This document shows, one piece after another, positions 37,748 to 47,263 of a DNA stretch of 64,000 nt. A program made the position numbers and the translations under genes. The DNA comes from Bacteroidota bacterium. GTDB lineage: Bacteria > Bacteroidota > Bacteroidia > Palsa-965. Each line of letters begins with the position of its first letter. The stretch's first letter is position 1. Under the pieces are notes generated by a model. That model searched no databases and was not told the DNA's origin. It was given only the letters and a program-made list of their open reading frames with translations. The stretch spans positions 10,154-74,153 of the forward strand of contig VBWE01000002.1 of assembly GCA_006218065.1 (NCBI GenBank). The letters are read 5' to 3'.

Positions 37748-38950
37748 CTATTTTTTCCCGCCGTTTGCCGTTACCGGTTTGATAAACGCCGCAATCACGA
37801 TCGTGAGCAGGGTTGCGCCCACGGCGATGTATCCCACCAGGTCGTAATTCGATATGCTCTTGTCCGGGTTTTCGGTAATGATATTTCCCGCGATCCAGGC
37901 CACCAGCCCGCCCGCAAGTTGCTGCACCGCCGAATTGATACTCAGGAATCCGCCACGCTGATGCGGAAGCGCGGTGGATGTGATCATGGTATTCGCCGGG
38001 ACGATTCTTCCGCCGGAAAAAATGAAAAATAGCGAAGTGAAAATCAAAACGATGTACAGTGGTGTAACGCCCATGTGCGTGATGAGCAGCAACGGAGCGG
38101 TGGCGCAGAGTGAAAGGATGGCGAATACTTTGAAACGCCCGAAACGGTCGGCGCAATACCCGATCAGGCGCAGGCTTACTACGCTCACCAGTCCGCCCAC
38201 GAGGTACATGTACGTAATGTCTTCCTGTTCGATGTGCGCATTTGAAACAAGGAAAGAAGGAATGTACGGGATCACCGAAAAATGTCCGCCCATCAGGACG
38301 CACATAAGCAGAAGTGCGAGCAACTGGTTCTTGTTGGTGAATATCGCGCCGATGGTTTCCAGCGGATTCCGTTTTTTCGCTTCTTCGATATGCCCGCTCA
38401 TTTTCGGGATGAATGCAAATACCGCGAACTGCACCAGGATAGCCAGCACACCCAGCGCCAGGAAAGGAACGTGCCAGCCGAAATGCACTGCTGCGTAATT
38501 TCCGAGCGGAACACCCAAAATCGCTGCTGCGGAAAATCCCATCATCACTACGCCCATAGCGGAAGCCCGGCGTTCGAGCGGCACGCTGTCGCCCACGACG
38601 CTGAGAATGACGGCGGACAAAACCCCGCCGAACATGCCGGTGAAAATCCGCGCAGCAAGCAAAAATTCATAGTTCGGTGCAAATCCGCAGGCGATGGTCC
38701 CCAGCGTGAAAAAAGCATAACAGAACACGATCACCTTTTTCCGGTCGAAACGGTCGATGAAAAAAGCGGAGAGGAAACTCACTAATCCCGCGCTGATATT
38801 ATACGACGCCACCAGCAAACCGAACTGCGCCCGGGTGATGTGAAACGTATCCACGAATAAATTGCTCAGCGGCATCATGATCATAAAGTCCATGATGTGC
38901 GTGAACTGGATAAACGCGAGGGTAACGAGTAAGAGGGTTTCTTTTTTCAT
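37748..38950 (-). CDS. MFS transporter
   Basis: The product has ~12 predicted TM helices and an MFS-type motif (..DRFDRKKV..). The start is at the internal Met (MKKETLLLVTLAFIQ). Confidence 0.8.
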   Translation of the reverse strand: MKKETLLLVTLAFIQFTHIMDFMIMMPLSNLFVDTFHITRAQFGLLVASYNISAGLVSFLSAFFIDRFDRKKVIVFCYAFFTLGTIACGFAPNYEFLLAARIFTGMFGGVLSAVILSVVGDSVPLERRASAMGVVMMGFSAAAILGVPLGNYAAVHFGWHVPFLALGVLAILVQFAVFAFIPKMSGHIEEAKKRNPLETIGAIFTNKNQLLALLLMCVLMGGHFSVIPYIPSFLVSNAHIEQEDITYMYLVGGLVSVVSLRLIGYCADRFGRFKVFAILSLCATAPLLLITHMGVTPLYIVLIFTSLFFIFSGGRIVPANTMITSTALPHQRGGFLSINSAVQQLAGGLVAWIAGNIITENPDKSISNYDLVGYIAVGATLLTIVIAAFIKPVTANGGKK

Positions 38951-39027
38951 AGATCGTACAGCACAGACCGGGCAGTGCAAATGTCCGCAAAGATTTCAAG
39001 AGCTGAAAAAATAATACGCCGGAAGGA

Positions 39028-41319
39028 TCAGGCAATGCGCACGCCGATCACCAGCACGTCATCCACCTGTTCGAGATCGCCTTTCCACCCGGCAAAGATC
39101 CGTGCGAGATGCTCCTGCTGAACCGGCGCGGGATCAGCGGCGCATTTGATAAGATTTTCGCGGAGGCGGGAGTATTTGAATTTTTTTCCGCCGGCGCCGC
39201 CGAACTGGTCTGCGAAACCATCGGTAAACAGGTAAAGCATATCGCCGGGCTGTACGGGAATCGTATGACTTGTAAAACCGTTTTTATGCTGAGACCAGCC
39301 GATGGGCATTTTGTCCGGGGCGAATTCGAGCAGTTCGCCGTTGCGCACCAGCCAGAGCGGGTTATTCGCCCCGGCGTATTCCACCGTGCGGTTCAGCGGA
39401 TCGAAAGCGCAAAGGGAACAGTCCATCCCGTCTTTTACTTCTGCAGATTCGTTTTCTTCCGGGTTGAGCACTTTCACGATTTCTTCGCGGACATGGTTGA
39501 GGATTTCCGCAGGCCGGGTGATTTTTTTTTCGTAAGTCGTTTCGTTGAGCTTGGTGATATTCAGCAGCGACATAAAAGCGCCGGGAACGCCGTGGCCGGT
39601 ACTGTCGCCGCAGAGTAACAGGAAACGGCCCGAAGGTTCGGCATACGCCCAGTAAAAATCGCCGCTCACGATATCTTTCGGCAGGTAAAAAATAAAATGC
39701 CCCGGCAGGTGACGCGAGATCAGCGACCCGGAAGCGAGCAAAGCCGTCTGGATGCGTTTGGCGTAATGAATGGAGCCGAGAATTTCCCCGTTTTTCTGTT
39801 CGATCAGTTCTTTCTGCGATTCGACCTGGCCCTTCTGTTTTTCAATGATCTGTTTTTGTTTACGCGTGATCCGGAAACGGTTGAAAAGCAGGACCAGCGA
39901 AACCAGTACGAGGAGCAATCCGCCCGAAACGAGCCAGATCACCAGCCGCTGCTGTGCGCTGCGGGCGTCGGCCAGGGCCTTGTCGGCGGCGTCTTTTATT
40001 TTCATCGTTTCCGTTTTCTTCTCGAAAGCTGCGGTGGCTTCGAGCCGGGCGATGGCGCGGTTGCGGTCGTCGGAGTTCAGGCTGTCATTAAGCTGCACAT
40101 ACTTCCGGAAATAAATCAGCGCATCAGCCGGCCGGTTCATTTTGTCGTACAGGTCGGAAAGACCTTTCAGCACCTCGACCTGGTTCTGTACGCGGTGAAA
40201 TTTTTCGGCCAGCGTTTTGGCGCGGAGCAGCATGCTTTCTGCTTCGGCCCGGAATTCTTTTTTTTCCTGGAGTACCGAGCCGAGGTTGATGAGCGGGCTG
40301 ATCGCATCCGAACTGTCCGTGCCCAGCCCGCAGCGCACCAGGCCGTCCCGGTAATACCGGATTGCAGAATCGAGCAGGTTTTCATTCGCTTGTGTTTCCA
40401 CGCCCGGCTTATACATACTCGCAAAAACACCGCCGAGGCTGTTCAGCGCAGAAACCTGCAGCCCCGGCAGTTCTGCGGAAACCGCCGTGGCATAAGCCTG
40501 CCGAAGATACATGGCCGCAGAATCGTAACGGGAAAGGAACATGAACGAATTCCCGATATTGGTCAGTGCATTGATTTCGCCTTTTTTATTTCCCTGCTCG
40601 TTGTACAATATGCGCGCTTTGCGAAAATAGCCGAGAGCGGTATTCCATTCTTTCAGTTTCCGGTAGATGATCCCGAGGTTCAGCATGGAAGAAGCCACTT
40701 CCGGCCGGAGATTTTGTTTTTCCCGGATCTGCAGCGCTTTCTGGTGAGCTTCCAGCGCTTCGGTAAGCTGGTCCAGGCGCTGGTGGCCTTGCCCGAGATT
40801 GTTGTATAGCCGCGCCTGCTGCGCCGGGGGAACTTTACTACACTGGTAGTCCAGCCCGGTATAATAGTGCGTCAGCGCTTCTTCGCAATATCCGCGTACG
40901 GAATAAAAATTTCCGAAATCGAGTTCTGCCCCGTGTATCTCCGACGAATCCTTCAGTTCGCGGAAAACATGCAGCGCTTTGCGCAGATGCTGCACGCAGA
41001 GTGAATCTTTTTTCAGGTCGTCATACGTGCGTCCCATCCGTCCGTAGGCTTGCGCGAGCCCGCGCGTATCAGCGAGTTTTTTTGCGAGCGCTTCCATTTT
41101 ACGGGCATAACCGAGCGCATTGTCGTACTGATTTTTCTTGTAATATGTATCTGCAATTTTACCCAGCAAAGAAACGCCGGAACTGTCGAGCCGTATCGAT
41201 TTTTCCAGTTGCAGCAGGCTATCCAGCCGGTTATCGCCCGCGTGCAGCAGGGAAGAAAAAAAGAAAGGAAGAAAAAACAGGAAAGAAAAAAAATATCGCC
41301 GGGTTGCCGCAATGCGCAT
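39028..41319 (-). CDS. TPR-repeat sensor protein with TM helix and C-terminal PP2C/SpoIIE-family phosphatase domain
   Basis: Signal/TM regions and TPR repeats are followed by ..LVIWLVSGGLLLVLVSLVLLF.. The PP2C-like C-terminus is ..DIVSGDFYWA..LLCGDSTGHGVPGAFMS..MLYLFTDGF... Confidence 0.75.
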   Translation of the reverse strand: MRIAATRRYFFSFLFFLPFFFSSLLHAGDNRLDSLLQLEKSIRLDSSGVSLLGKIADTYYKKNQYDNALGYARKMEALAKKLADTRGLAQAYGRMGRTYDDLKKDSLCVQHLRKALHVFRELKDSSEIHGAELDFGNFYSVRGYCEEALTHYYTGLDYQCSKVPPAQQARLYNNLGQGHQRLDQLTEALEAHQKALQIREKQNLRPEVASSMLNLGIIYRKLKEWNTALGYFRKARILYNEQGNKKGEINALTNIGNSFMFLSRYDSAAMYLRQAYATAVSAELPGLQVSALNSLGGVFASMYKPGVETQANENLLDSAIRYYRDGLVRCGLGTDSSDAISPLINLGSVLQEKKEFRAEAESMLLRAKTLAEKFHRVQNQVEVLKGLSDLYDKMNRPADALIYFRKYVQLNDSLNSDDRNRAIARLEATAAFEKKTETMKIKDAADKALADARSAQQRLVIWLVSGGLLLVLVSLVLLFNRFRITRKQKQIIEKQKGQVESQKELIEQKNGEILGSIHYAKRIQTALLASGSLISRHLPGHFIFYLPKDIVSGDFYWAYAEPSGRFLLLCGDSTGHGVPGAFMSLLNITKLNETTYEKKITRPAEILNHVREEIVKVLNPEENESAEVKDGMDCSLCAFDPLNRTVEYAGANNPLWLVRNGELLEFAPDKMPIGWSQHKNGFTSHTIPVQPGDMLYLFTDGFADQFGGAGGKKFKYSRLRENLIKCAADPAPVQQEHLARIFAGWKGDLEQVDDVLVIGVRIA

Positions 41320-41445
41320 ACAGAAATTTCCCCGGGTTGTCCGAAAAAATGTATGCCCCGGAAGCCATGACCTGATCATAGGTAACGGAATTGTTCCAGC
41401 CCTGAAAGTACGGAGAATCTTTTCCCGCGGAAAGCTGTGGAAAGG

Positions 41446-42369
41446 TTACACCAGAGAAATGTCGAACTGTACAAGATCAACAAACTCCTGCACGCGCTCG
41501 TCCACCTGTTCCTGCGTCAATCCCACGAGCCTTTCCACGCCGAATTTTTCCACGCAGAACGAAGCCATCGCCGAACCGAAAATGATGGCGCGCTTCATAT
41601 TGTCGAAGGAAATATCTTTTGTTTCGGCCAGGTAGCCGATGAATCCGCCTGCAAAACTGTCGCCGGCGCCGGTCGGATCGAAAACGTCTTCGAGCGGCAG
41701 GGCGGGAGCGAAGAAAACCTGCTCTTTATTGAAAAGCAGCGCGCCGTGCTCCCCTTTTTTGATGATGAGCACTTTCGGACCCATTGCGAGAATTTTCTGC
41801 GCGGCTTTCACCAGCGAATATTCACCGGAAAGCTGGCGGGCTTCGGCGTCGTTGATGGTCAGCACATCTACCATGCCCAGCGTTTTGTGCAGATCGTCCA
41901 TGGCGGTATCCATCCAGAAATTCATGGTATCGAGCACCACCAGTTTTGGTCGTTTTTTCAACTGCGCCATCACTTTCTGCTGGATGGAAGGCATCAGGTT
42001 ACCCAGCATCAGGAAATCGGGCTCTTTGATGGAATCGGGCACAACCGGGTCGAAATTAGCCAGTACGTTCAGCTCGGTGGCCAGCGTATCGCGGGTATTC
42101 ATGTCCGCATGGTAGCGTCCCGACCAGAAAAACGATTTTTCCCCGGCTTTCACCTGCAGGCCTTCGGTGCTGATGCCGTGTTTTTGCAGCATGTCGATTG
42201 ACGACGATGGGAAATCGTCGCCCACAACGGACACCAGCGTGATTTCCTTATTAAAATAAGAGGCTGCCAGCGAGATATAGGTAGCCGCTCCGCCGATAAT
42301 TTTATCTGTTTTTCCGAAGGGTGTTTCGATGGCGTCAAAAGCCACCGTACCAACAACAAGAAGGGACAT
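41446..42369 (-). CDS. PfkB-family carbohydrate/nucleoside kinase
   Basis: ..GGAATYISLAASYF.. is at the N-terminus and ..DPTGAGDSFAGGFIGYL.. carries the ribokinase-family signature. Confidence 0.8.
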   Translation of the reverse strand: MSLLVVGTVAFDAIETPFGKTDKIIGGAATYISLAASYFNKEITLVSVVGDDFPSSSIDMLQKHGISTEGLQVKAGEKSFFWSGRYHADMNTRDTLATELNVLANFDPVVPDSIKEPDFLMLGNLMPSIQQKVMAQLKKRPKLVVLDTMNFWMDTAMDDLHKTLGMVDVLTINDAEARQLSGEYSLVKAAQKILAMGPKVLIIKKGEHGALLFNKEQVFFAPALPLEDVFDPTGAGDSFAGGFIGYLAETKDISFDNMKRAIIFGSAMASFCVEKFGVERLVGLTQEQVDERVQEFVDLVQFDISLV

Positions 42370-42371
42370 AG

Positions 42372-42541
42372 TTCAGAGCTTGTTTAAATTAATTTTCTGC
42401 AACTCTTATGCATTTTTTCGAGTCATACTTCTTTGCTTTTTTTGGCCAGACGCCCTCCGGTATGACCTGCAAAAAGCGCCTTGTCTGCCTCGAAAACCTG
42501 CTTATAATAATTGCAGAAAATTAGTTTAAACAAGCTCTGAG
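42372..42541. repeat. 31-bp near-perfect inverted repeats (30 of 31) flanking a 108-bp spacer
   Basis: 42372-42402 ttcagagcttgtttaaattaattttctgcaa matches rc of 42511-42541 ctcagagcttgtttaaactaattttctgcaa. Confidence 0.8.
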
Positions 42542-42637
42542 TCTTAAAAATTTCGCCCAAAGATATTGTTTATTTGCTCTGAAACCTTAATTTTGCCGTC
42601 CGTTTCGGTTAAAAAACGGGCGTTCTTCAGAAAACTA

Positions 42638-42664
42638 CAACCAGAAATATTCCTCCTTAGCTCA
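42638..42664 (+). repeat. orphan copy of tRNA-Asn 5' end plus 12-nt upstream leader
   Basis: caaccagaaatattcctccttagctca matches 42729-42754 (caaccagaatattcctccttagctca) preceding and entering the intact tRNA. A GC hairpin (ccgcc..ggcgg) follows it. Confidence 0.7.
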
Positions 42665-42739
42665 TCCGCCTGCGCCCTGCTCCGGCGGACGGGGCTGGAA
42701 GAAAAGAAATAACGTTCTTTAATTATTCAACCAGAATAT

Positions 42740-42813
42740 TCCTCCTTAGCTCAGCTGGTTAGAGCACATGACTGTTAATCATGGGGTCCCTGGTTCGAGC
42801 CCAGGAGGGGGAG
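42740..42813 (+). tRNA. tRNA-Asn (anticodon GTT)
   Basis: Cloverleaf folded by hand: acceptor TCCTCCT/AGGGGGA, D arm GCTC/GAGC, anticodon stem CATGA/TCATG with loop CTGTTAA, T arm CCTGG-TTCGAGC-CCAGG, discriminator G. Confidence 0.85.
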
Positions 42814-42821
42814 CAGATATA

Positions 42822-42855
42822 AAGGCTTGGAAGTCAAAAACTTCTGAGCCTTTTT
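42822..42855 (+). terminator. tRNA terminator hairpin plus T-run
   Basis: aggcttggaagt-caaaa-acttctgagcct followed by ttttt. Confidence 0.5.
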
Positions 42856-42926
42856 CTTTTTGTGCATTTTTCAACGCACGCAAAAAAACAAAAAGGTGCG
42901 GAATCTGAGTGCGGAAATGCGGAAAA

Positions 42927-44384
42927 TTAATCGGTGATATCGGGGTCTTTATCGGGCGTACTCTTCTTTCGGAGTTCTTTGAGCTCTGCTTCTCGCTTCT
43001 CTTTGTTAAAGACAGTAAAGTTCTGTGCGGCGTGCGCCAATATGCGCTTGTCGGCATAGTGCTTCTTCATGATTTTTGTGTTCGCATGGCCGGTGATTGC
43101 CTGCGCGTTTTCCATGCCGAGTTCGCCGGAGAGGTGGCTGATATTTGTTCTGCGCAGGCACCCAAACGTCAGTTCCTTGCCGGTTTGTAATTGCTCGTAG
43201 TAGTGAGAAAACGAACGAGATAGAAAGCTCGTTATGGTATCCCGCTGCATTGTTTCATCGGGAGCAATGAGGTAGGCGTCCTTGCCTTTGTGTTCTTCTT
43301 CCCCGAGTCGAGTGAGCAGGTCGCGAAGCTCGCTTGTCATGGGAGCATAGTTATACTTCCAGTTCTCCTCAGAGAGTCCTTTTTGTCGATTGACTTTATA
43401 ATCGGGAACTTGCAGATGGAGCGGAACTCCATTTTTGTCATAAACAACATCACTCCACTTCATGCGGGCGACTTCTTCGCGTCGCCTGCCGGAATAGACA
43501 CCAAGCTCAAGCGCATCTTTAAACCATGGTTTATAGAGATTCTTACGTTTGCCGTTTAAGAGAGTCCGCCAGCCGAGTTCGGGCTTTTGAACGATTTCGA
43601 GGAGGCGCATAAATTCATCCTCGTCGATTGTTTCTATGTTTTCATTGACTGCCTGTCGGGTAACTGTCTCAAACGGGTTGCCGATCAAGTAGCCCTGACG
43701 GGCAAGGTGTTTGTAGAAGCTCGTGAGAATCGACATTGCCCGGTTATATGAGCGAGGGCCCTGTTTTAAGTCCTCTTGCAGATACTTGTGGAACTTGCCA
43801 ATCATAGTATCGTTGATCTGGTCAACACGGAGGCTCTCGATGTCATAACCGCTCTTTTTGAGAGATGCTGCGAAGTACCGAAACATGCGCTCAACCTGTT
43901 CAATATGCTCTTTGGTTCGTTCTTTTTGCCGATGCTCAGGAACATTCTCGTTATTGAGAAAGCCGATGTATTCGGACATGAGCTCAAGCAGGTTGTACGT
44001 TTTCTCTGGTGTCTGTTCTGTATTTGGGAACACAGGACGAACAAGAGGCTCGATGGGAGCGACTGACACAAGCGGTACGGGTGCCGTTTTCTCTATTTCT
44101 GGCTTTCCCGCTTCTTTAATCTCTTTTTGAAAGTCGAGGGCTTGTTTTACAGCCTCGTCGTACTCTCGCGTTTCAAGAATCTTTGTTTTTCTCTCATTCT
44201 TTGTGCCTGGAACATGCACAATGACCTTGTATCTCTGTTTGTCGCCATACGCGCAGGTAGAGAGCGACTTGCCTGATTGTTTACACTTCCCTTCAACGAG
44301 GGTGCCGCATCCATAGCAGTATATTTTCAGGCCGGGAATCTTTTTCTTTGGCGGTATATGGAGCGGCTTCTCATCCATGCTCAT
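42927..44384 (-). CDS. int: tyrosine-type site-specific integrase
   Basis: The C-terminal catalytic region is ..LRRTNISHLSGELGMENAQAITGHANTKIMKKHYAD.. (R, HxxR, Y). It is tRNA-adjacent. Confidence 0.9.
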   Translation of the reverse strand: MSMDEKPLHIPPKKKIPGLKIYCYGCGTLVEGKCKQSGKSLSTCAYGDKQRYKVIVHVPGTKNERKTKILETREYDEAVKQALDFQKEIKEAGKPEIEKTAPVPLVSVAPIEPLVRPVFPNTEQTPEKTYNLLELMSEYIGFLNNENVPEHRQKERTKEHIEQVERMFRYFAASLKKSGYDIESLRVDQINDTMIGKFHKYLQEDLKQGPRSYNRAMSILTSFYKHLARQGYLIGNPFETVTRQAVNENIETIDEDEFMRLLEIVQKPELGWRTLLNGKRKNLYKPWFKDALELGVYSGRRREEVARMKWSDVVYDKNGVPLHLQVPDYKVNRQKGLSEENWKYNYAPMTSELRDLLTRLGEEEHKGKDAYLIAPDETMQRDTITSFLSRSFSHYYEQLQTGKELTFGCLRRTNISHLSGELGMENAQAITGHANTKIMKKHYADKRILAHAAQNFTVFNKEKREAELKELRKKSTPDKDPDITD

Positions 44385-44386
44385 AA

Positions 44387-44761
44387 TTATATCCCGGTTA
44401 AATATTGTCGCAAGTCGGAAAGGAAGCGAGATGCATGTTTTCCGGATGATGTTTGCACAGGGATGGATTTTTTCTTAGTATCTTTATGGAGCGAAAGCAA
44501 AAAAGCAACATCTCCATTCTGATGAGCCACTAATACTTTTGGCAATTGACGTTCACTGTACCGAGTTCTGAGGTATTTGACTATTGTTTGTAACCGAGCG
44601 GCTTCAAATTCTGATTTGATTACGTATTTCAAGCGACTTCCCTGATCCGAAAGGATGGCGACACTATGATTACGACACCATTTGTGGACTGAGCGTAAAT
44701 CTTTGTATCCCAATAAGGTGGCAACACGGGCAAGCGATAAACATTCGAGCGACGGTTTCAT
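44387..44761 (-). CDS. putative excisionase-like HTH DNA-binding protein
   Basis: ..LSLARVATLLGYKDLRSVHKWCRNHSV.. resembles excisionase/MerR-type HTH. Its stop abuts the integrase start. Confidence 0.5.
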   Translation of the reverse strand: MKPSLECLSLARVATLLGYKDLRSVHKWCRNHSVAILSDQGSRLKYVIKSEFEAARLQTIVKYLRTRYSERQLPKVLVAHQNGDVAFLLSLHKDTKKKSIPVQTSSGKHASRFLSDLRQYLTGI

Positions 44762-45045
44762 TTTTCTCCTTCTCTGTGGTGTGCAGATATATGAAAAGGA
44801 GTAACTGTTACCGTTTGATATATATAATGTAGGGGCAGGCTTGAAAAAGAGGGCTGTTACCGAATAACATATACTATGTATGACCTAAAATCAGGCGAAT
44901 AATAAAGAGAAAACCAGCTAAAATAATCCATCGTGGAAAGGGGGAAATGTCCTCCCCAAGAACGGACATAACAATTGCTAAAATGTAAAAACTATGAAGA
45001 CTCACCGGAAAAAAGGCGCTCAAATGCGCCCAGAAAAAAGGGATT

Positions 45046-45765
45046 ATGCAAAAACAATCACGAAACCACCAAGTAGCGGCTGTTCTGGTGGCAGCAATTG
45101 CCCGCAATGCGGATACGCCTCTTGAGGCTGACAAAGCGTTTAATAAGTTTTGCAAGCTTTTTTACAACAAAGTTCTTTACATGTGCCTGGTATTGAGCAA
45201 AAGGTATAGAGTTCCAAACTACAAGCAAACAGCGGAAGAGGCTTGTCAGGACACTCTGCTTAATATTCGCAACAAGGCAAAACAGTATGACCCATTAAAG
45301 GGTTTTGTTTTCAGTTGGATTGCGGGTATTGCCGCGAATGAATTACTTCAACGATTAGAAAAAGAAGAATGCCATGTTTCCTTGGAAGACATAGAGATAC
45401 GCAAAGCCTTTCGGGAAAAACAAATACGGGAAAAAAGAGCAGAAGATGATAATGAGGAGTTGCTTTGGGATAATAACGAAGCAGGGCAGGCTCGCTCCAA
45501 AGGGAAAGAAATAAGGCGAGATCCAAGAATAAGCGAGGTCATCGCAATAGTTGAAAAGCTTAGTGAGGTACAGCAGGACATCTTAATGACAACAGTCCTC
45601 TACTCAGGAAGGCTTCCAGACTCTGAGAAAGAACGGATTTCAATAAGATACGGTATTGGAAAAAAATCGATCGATGCCTACCGCATGAGAGCAATAAAAG
45701 CAGTTGAGAAATGTATAGGTAGACCCATTGATATAGACTCACTAAAAACACATCTTGCCAGATAG
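45046..45765 (+). CDS. sigma-70 family RNA polymerase sigma factor (ECF-like)
   Basis: The C-terminal region-4-like HTH is ..VQQDILMTTVLYSGRLPDSEKERISIRYGIGKKSIDAYRMRAIKAVEKC... The region 2 assignment is weaker. Confidence 0.5.
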   Translation: MQKQSRNHQVAAVLVAAIARNADTPLEADKAFNKFCKLFYNKVLYMCLVLSKRYRVPNYKQTAEEACQDTLLNIRNKAKQYDPLKGFVFSWIAGIAANELLQRLEKEECHVSLEDIEIRKAFREKQIREKRAEDDNEELLWDNNEAGQARSKGKEIRRDPRISEVIAIVEKLSEVQQDILMTTVLYSGRLPDSEKERISIRYGIGKKSIDAYRMRAIKAVEKCIGRPIDIDSLKTHLAR

Positions 45766-45849
45766 ATGCTGGTGTGATATAGTGTAGACAGAATGATAAT
45801 CCGCTACCGTCTGAATGTCAGATAGTAGCGGATTTTAATTGAAACAAAG

Positions 45850-46050
45850 ATGAAAAAACAGAAAAAAAGTTCTTCAAAAGAACGAGTTAACATGACGGAG
45901 TCTGAGATTCAAGCAGAGTTCGAGAAAGTCCTTGGCGCTTCTGATGAAGAGTTTGCAAACATGACAAAACCCCATGAGCAGGATATGAAAGAACTGTCCT
46001 TCTCTGAAAAGAAGATTGATCAGATGGCTGCAAAAAGTCGCAGAAAGTAA
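45850..46050 (+). CDS. small hypothetical protein
   Basis: 66-aa charged ORF. Confidence 0.35.
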   Translation: MKKQKKSSSKERVNMTESEIQAEFEKVLGASDEEFANMTKPHEQDMKELSFSEKKIDQMAAKSRRK

Positions 46051-46086
46051 GATTCGATCCCAAGCCCCGCTATAGCGGCGGCTTTT

Positions 46087-46893
46087 TTATTTCACATCAA
46101 ACTTCTGTATCGGATAATTCGCTATCAACACCTCTATTTTCCGTTTCGTTTTTACTGCCCGGTTCGATGAGATCGCAATCGGTAGGTCGAGTTTTACCAT
46201 GTACCACCCATTTTGTGCGACCGCTTGGTCAAGCAGCATCGAAGGATATGAAGAGAGCAGGAATTTTCCTTTGATGGTTGCAAGTAGCTTAAGGAGTTCC
46301 AGATAATTTGCTTCAGAGTAACCGCTATAGTGGCCCTGATGAGTGCCGATATATGGCGGATCACAGTAAAAGAAGCTTGTTTCAGAATCACGGGAGCGAA
46401 TGACTTTAAGCGCATCCGTGCATTCGATCTGCGCATGTTCAAGGCGTTTGGCAAAGATGGCTGTGCAGTTTTCTTTCTTGTTATTGAAGCGATGGACGGC
46501 GGTGTTCTCTGTTCGGCCATATCCCCATGAACCGTTTAAACTCGATGCGTAACTCTGATAGATGCGCACCCAGACAGCCCAGGCGCGTTTGACCTTATCA
46601 AAAAACGCAGGGAGTGAAAGGATGAAGGATGCGTATTCATGGGCAGCACGAGCATACAGGGTATTTCGGATTTCTCTTTGCAACGCCGGGAAATTGTTTT
46701 TGACGACGTGATAGAAATTAACAAGCTCAAGATTCGTATCGTTAATGACTTCAATCTTCGATGCTTCCTTCGCGAAGAAAACCGCCCCGCCGCCGAAGAA
46801 TGGTTCCGCATAGAGCGTGTGTGGTGGGATGAGATGCAGGATTGTTTTTACCAAACGTTGCTTTCCTCCGTAATAGGAGAGGATGGGTTTCAT
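46087..46893 (-). CDS. dam: DNA adenine methyltransferase (Dam / D12 class N6-adenine MTase)
   Basis: ..LSYYGGKQRL.., ..EPFFGGGAVFF.. (AdoMet binding) and ..FFYCDPPYIGTH.. (DPPY catalytic motif) are present. The start is at the internal Met MKPILSYYGGK. Confidence 0.85.
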   Translation of the reverse strand: MKPILSYYGGKQRLVKTILHLIPPHTLYAEPFFGGGAVFFAKEASKIEVINDTNLELVNFYHVVKNNFPALQREIRNTLYARAAHEYASFILSLPAFFDKVKRAWAVWVRIYQSYASSLNGSWGYGRTENTAVHRFNNKKENCTAIFAKRLEHAQIECTDALKVIRSRDSETSFFYCDPPYIGTHQGHYSGYSEANYLELLKLLATIKGKFLLSSYPSMLLDQAVAQNGWYMVKLDLPIAISSNRAVKTKRKIEVLIANYPIQKFDVK

Positions 46894-47024
46894 GGATGAC
46901 GTGAGGAAGCCGCTCGCTTCCCTTTTGTGTATTGCTACCCTGTGAGAAAAGGGATCACTAACACACGAGAGCATTCAAGGATCTTCTTTCGAAGATGATG
47001 AACGCTACCTGATAATGTCGACTG

Positions 47025-47228
47025 TTAACGGTTGTGGGATTTGCCGTACAAATCGTCTATGGTGAGTCCGTCTTTGACGAGCATTCTGGCGTGCCGGATA
47101 AGTCCGGTACTGTGTTGCACTCCTCCAAAGACACGATCAAGTTCTGTATCGGAGAAATCTTTAATCTGCATGACCTTCATGCGTGCAAGTACTTCTTTTC
47201 TGATTCTAATAAAGTGAAATACGTTCAT
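47025..47228 (-). CDS. small hypothetical protein
   Basis: 67-aa ORF downstream of dam. Confidence 0.35.
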   Translation of the reverse strand: MNVFHFIRIRKEVLARMKVMQIKDFSDTELDRVFGGVQHSTGLIRHARMLVKDGLTIDDLYGKSHNR

Positions 47229-47263
47229 GAGTTATAACCCTTTTGTTTCTTTTTGTTTTTTAT

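Noticed and set aside
37722-38785. 193-aa minus ORF, 174-aa + ORF and 167-aa + ORF inside MFS gene
   Set aside because: These are alternative frames of a hydrophobic transporter gene.
39109-40809. + ORFs 39109..39618 and 39697..40809
   Set aside because: They are antisense to the TPR-PP2C phosphatase gene.
41437-42201. 254-aa + ORF
   Set aside because: It is antisense to the PfkB kinase gene.
42372-42541. Interpretation of the 31-bp inverted-repeat element as an attachment site of the tRNA island
   Set aside because: It lies on the core (GC-rich, pfkB) side upstream of the tRNA and has no similarity to the tRNA 3' end, so it is more likely an independent MITE-like or regulatory element.
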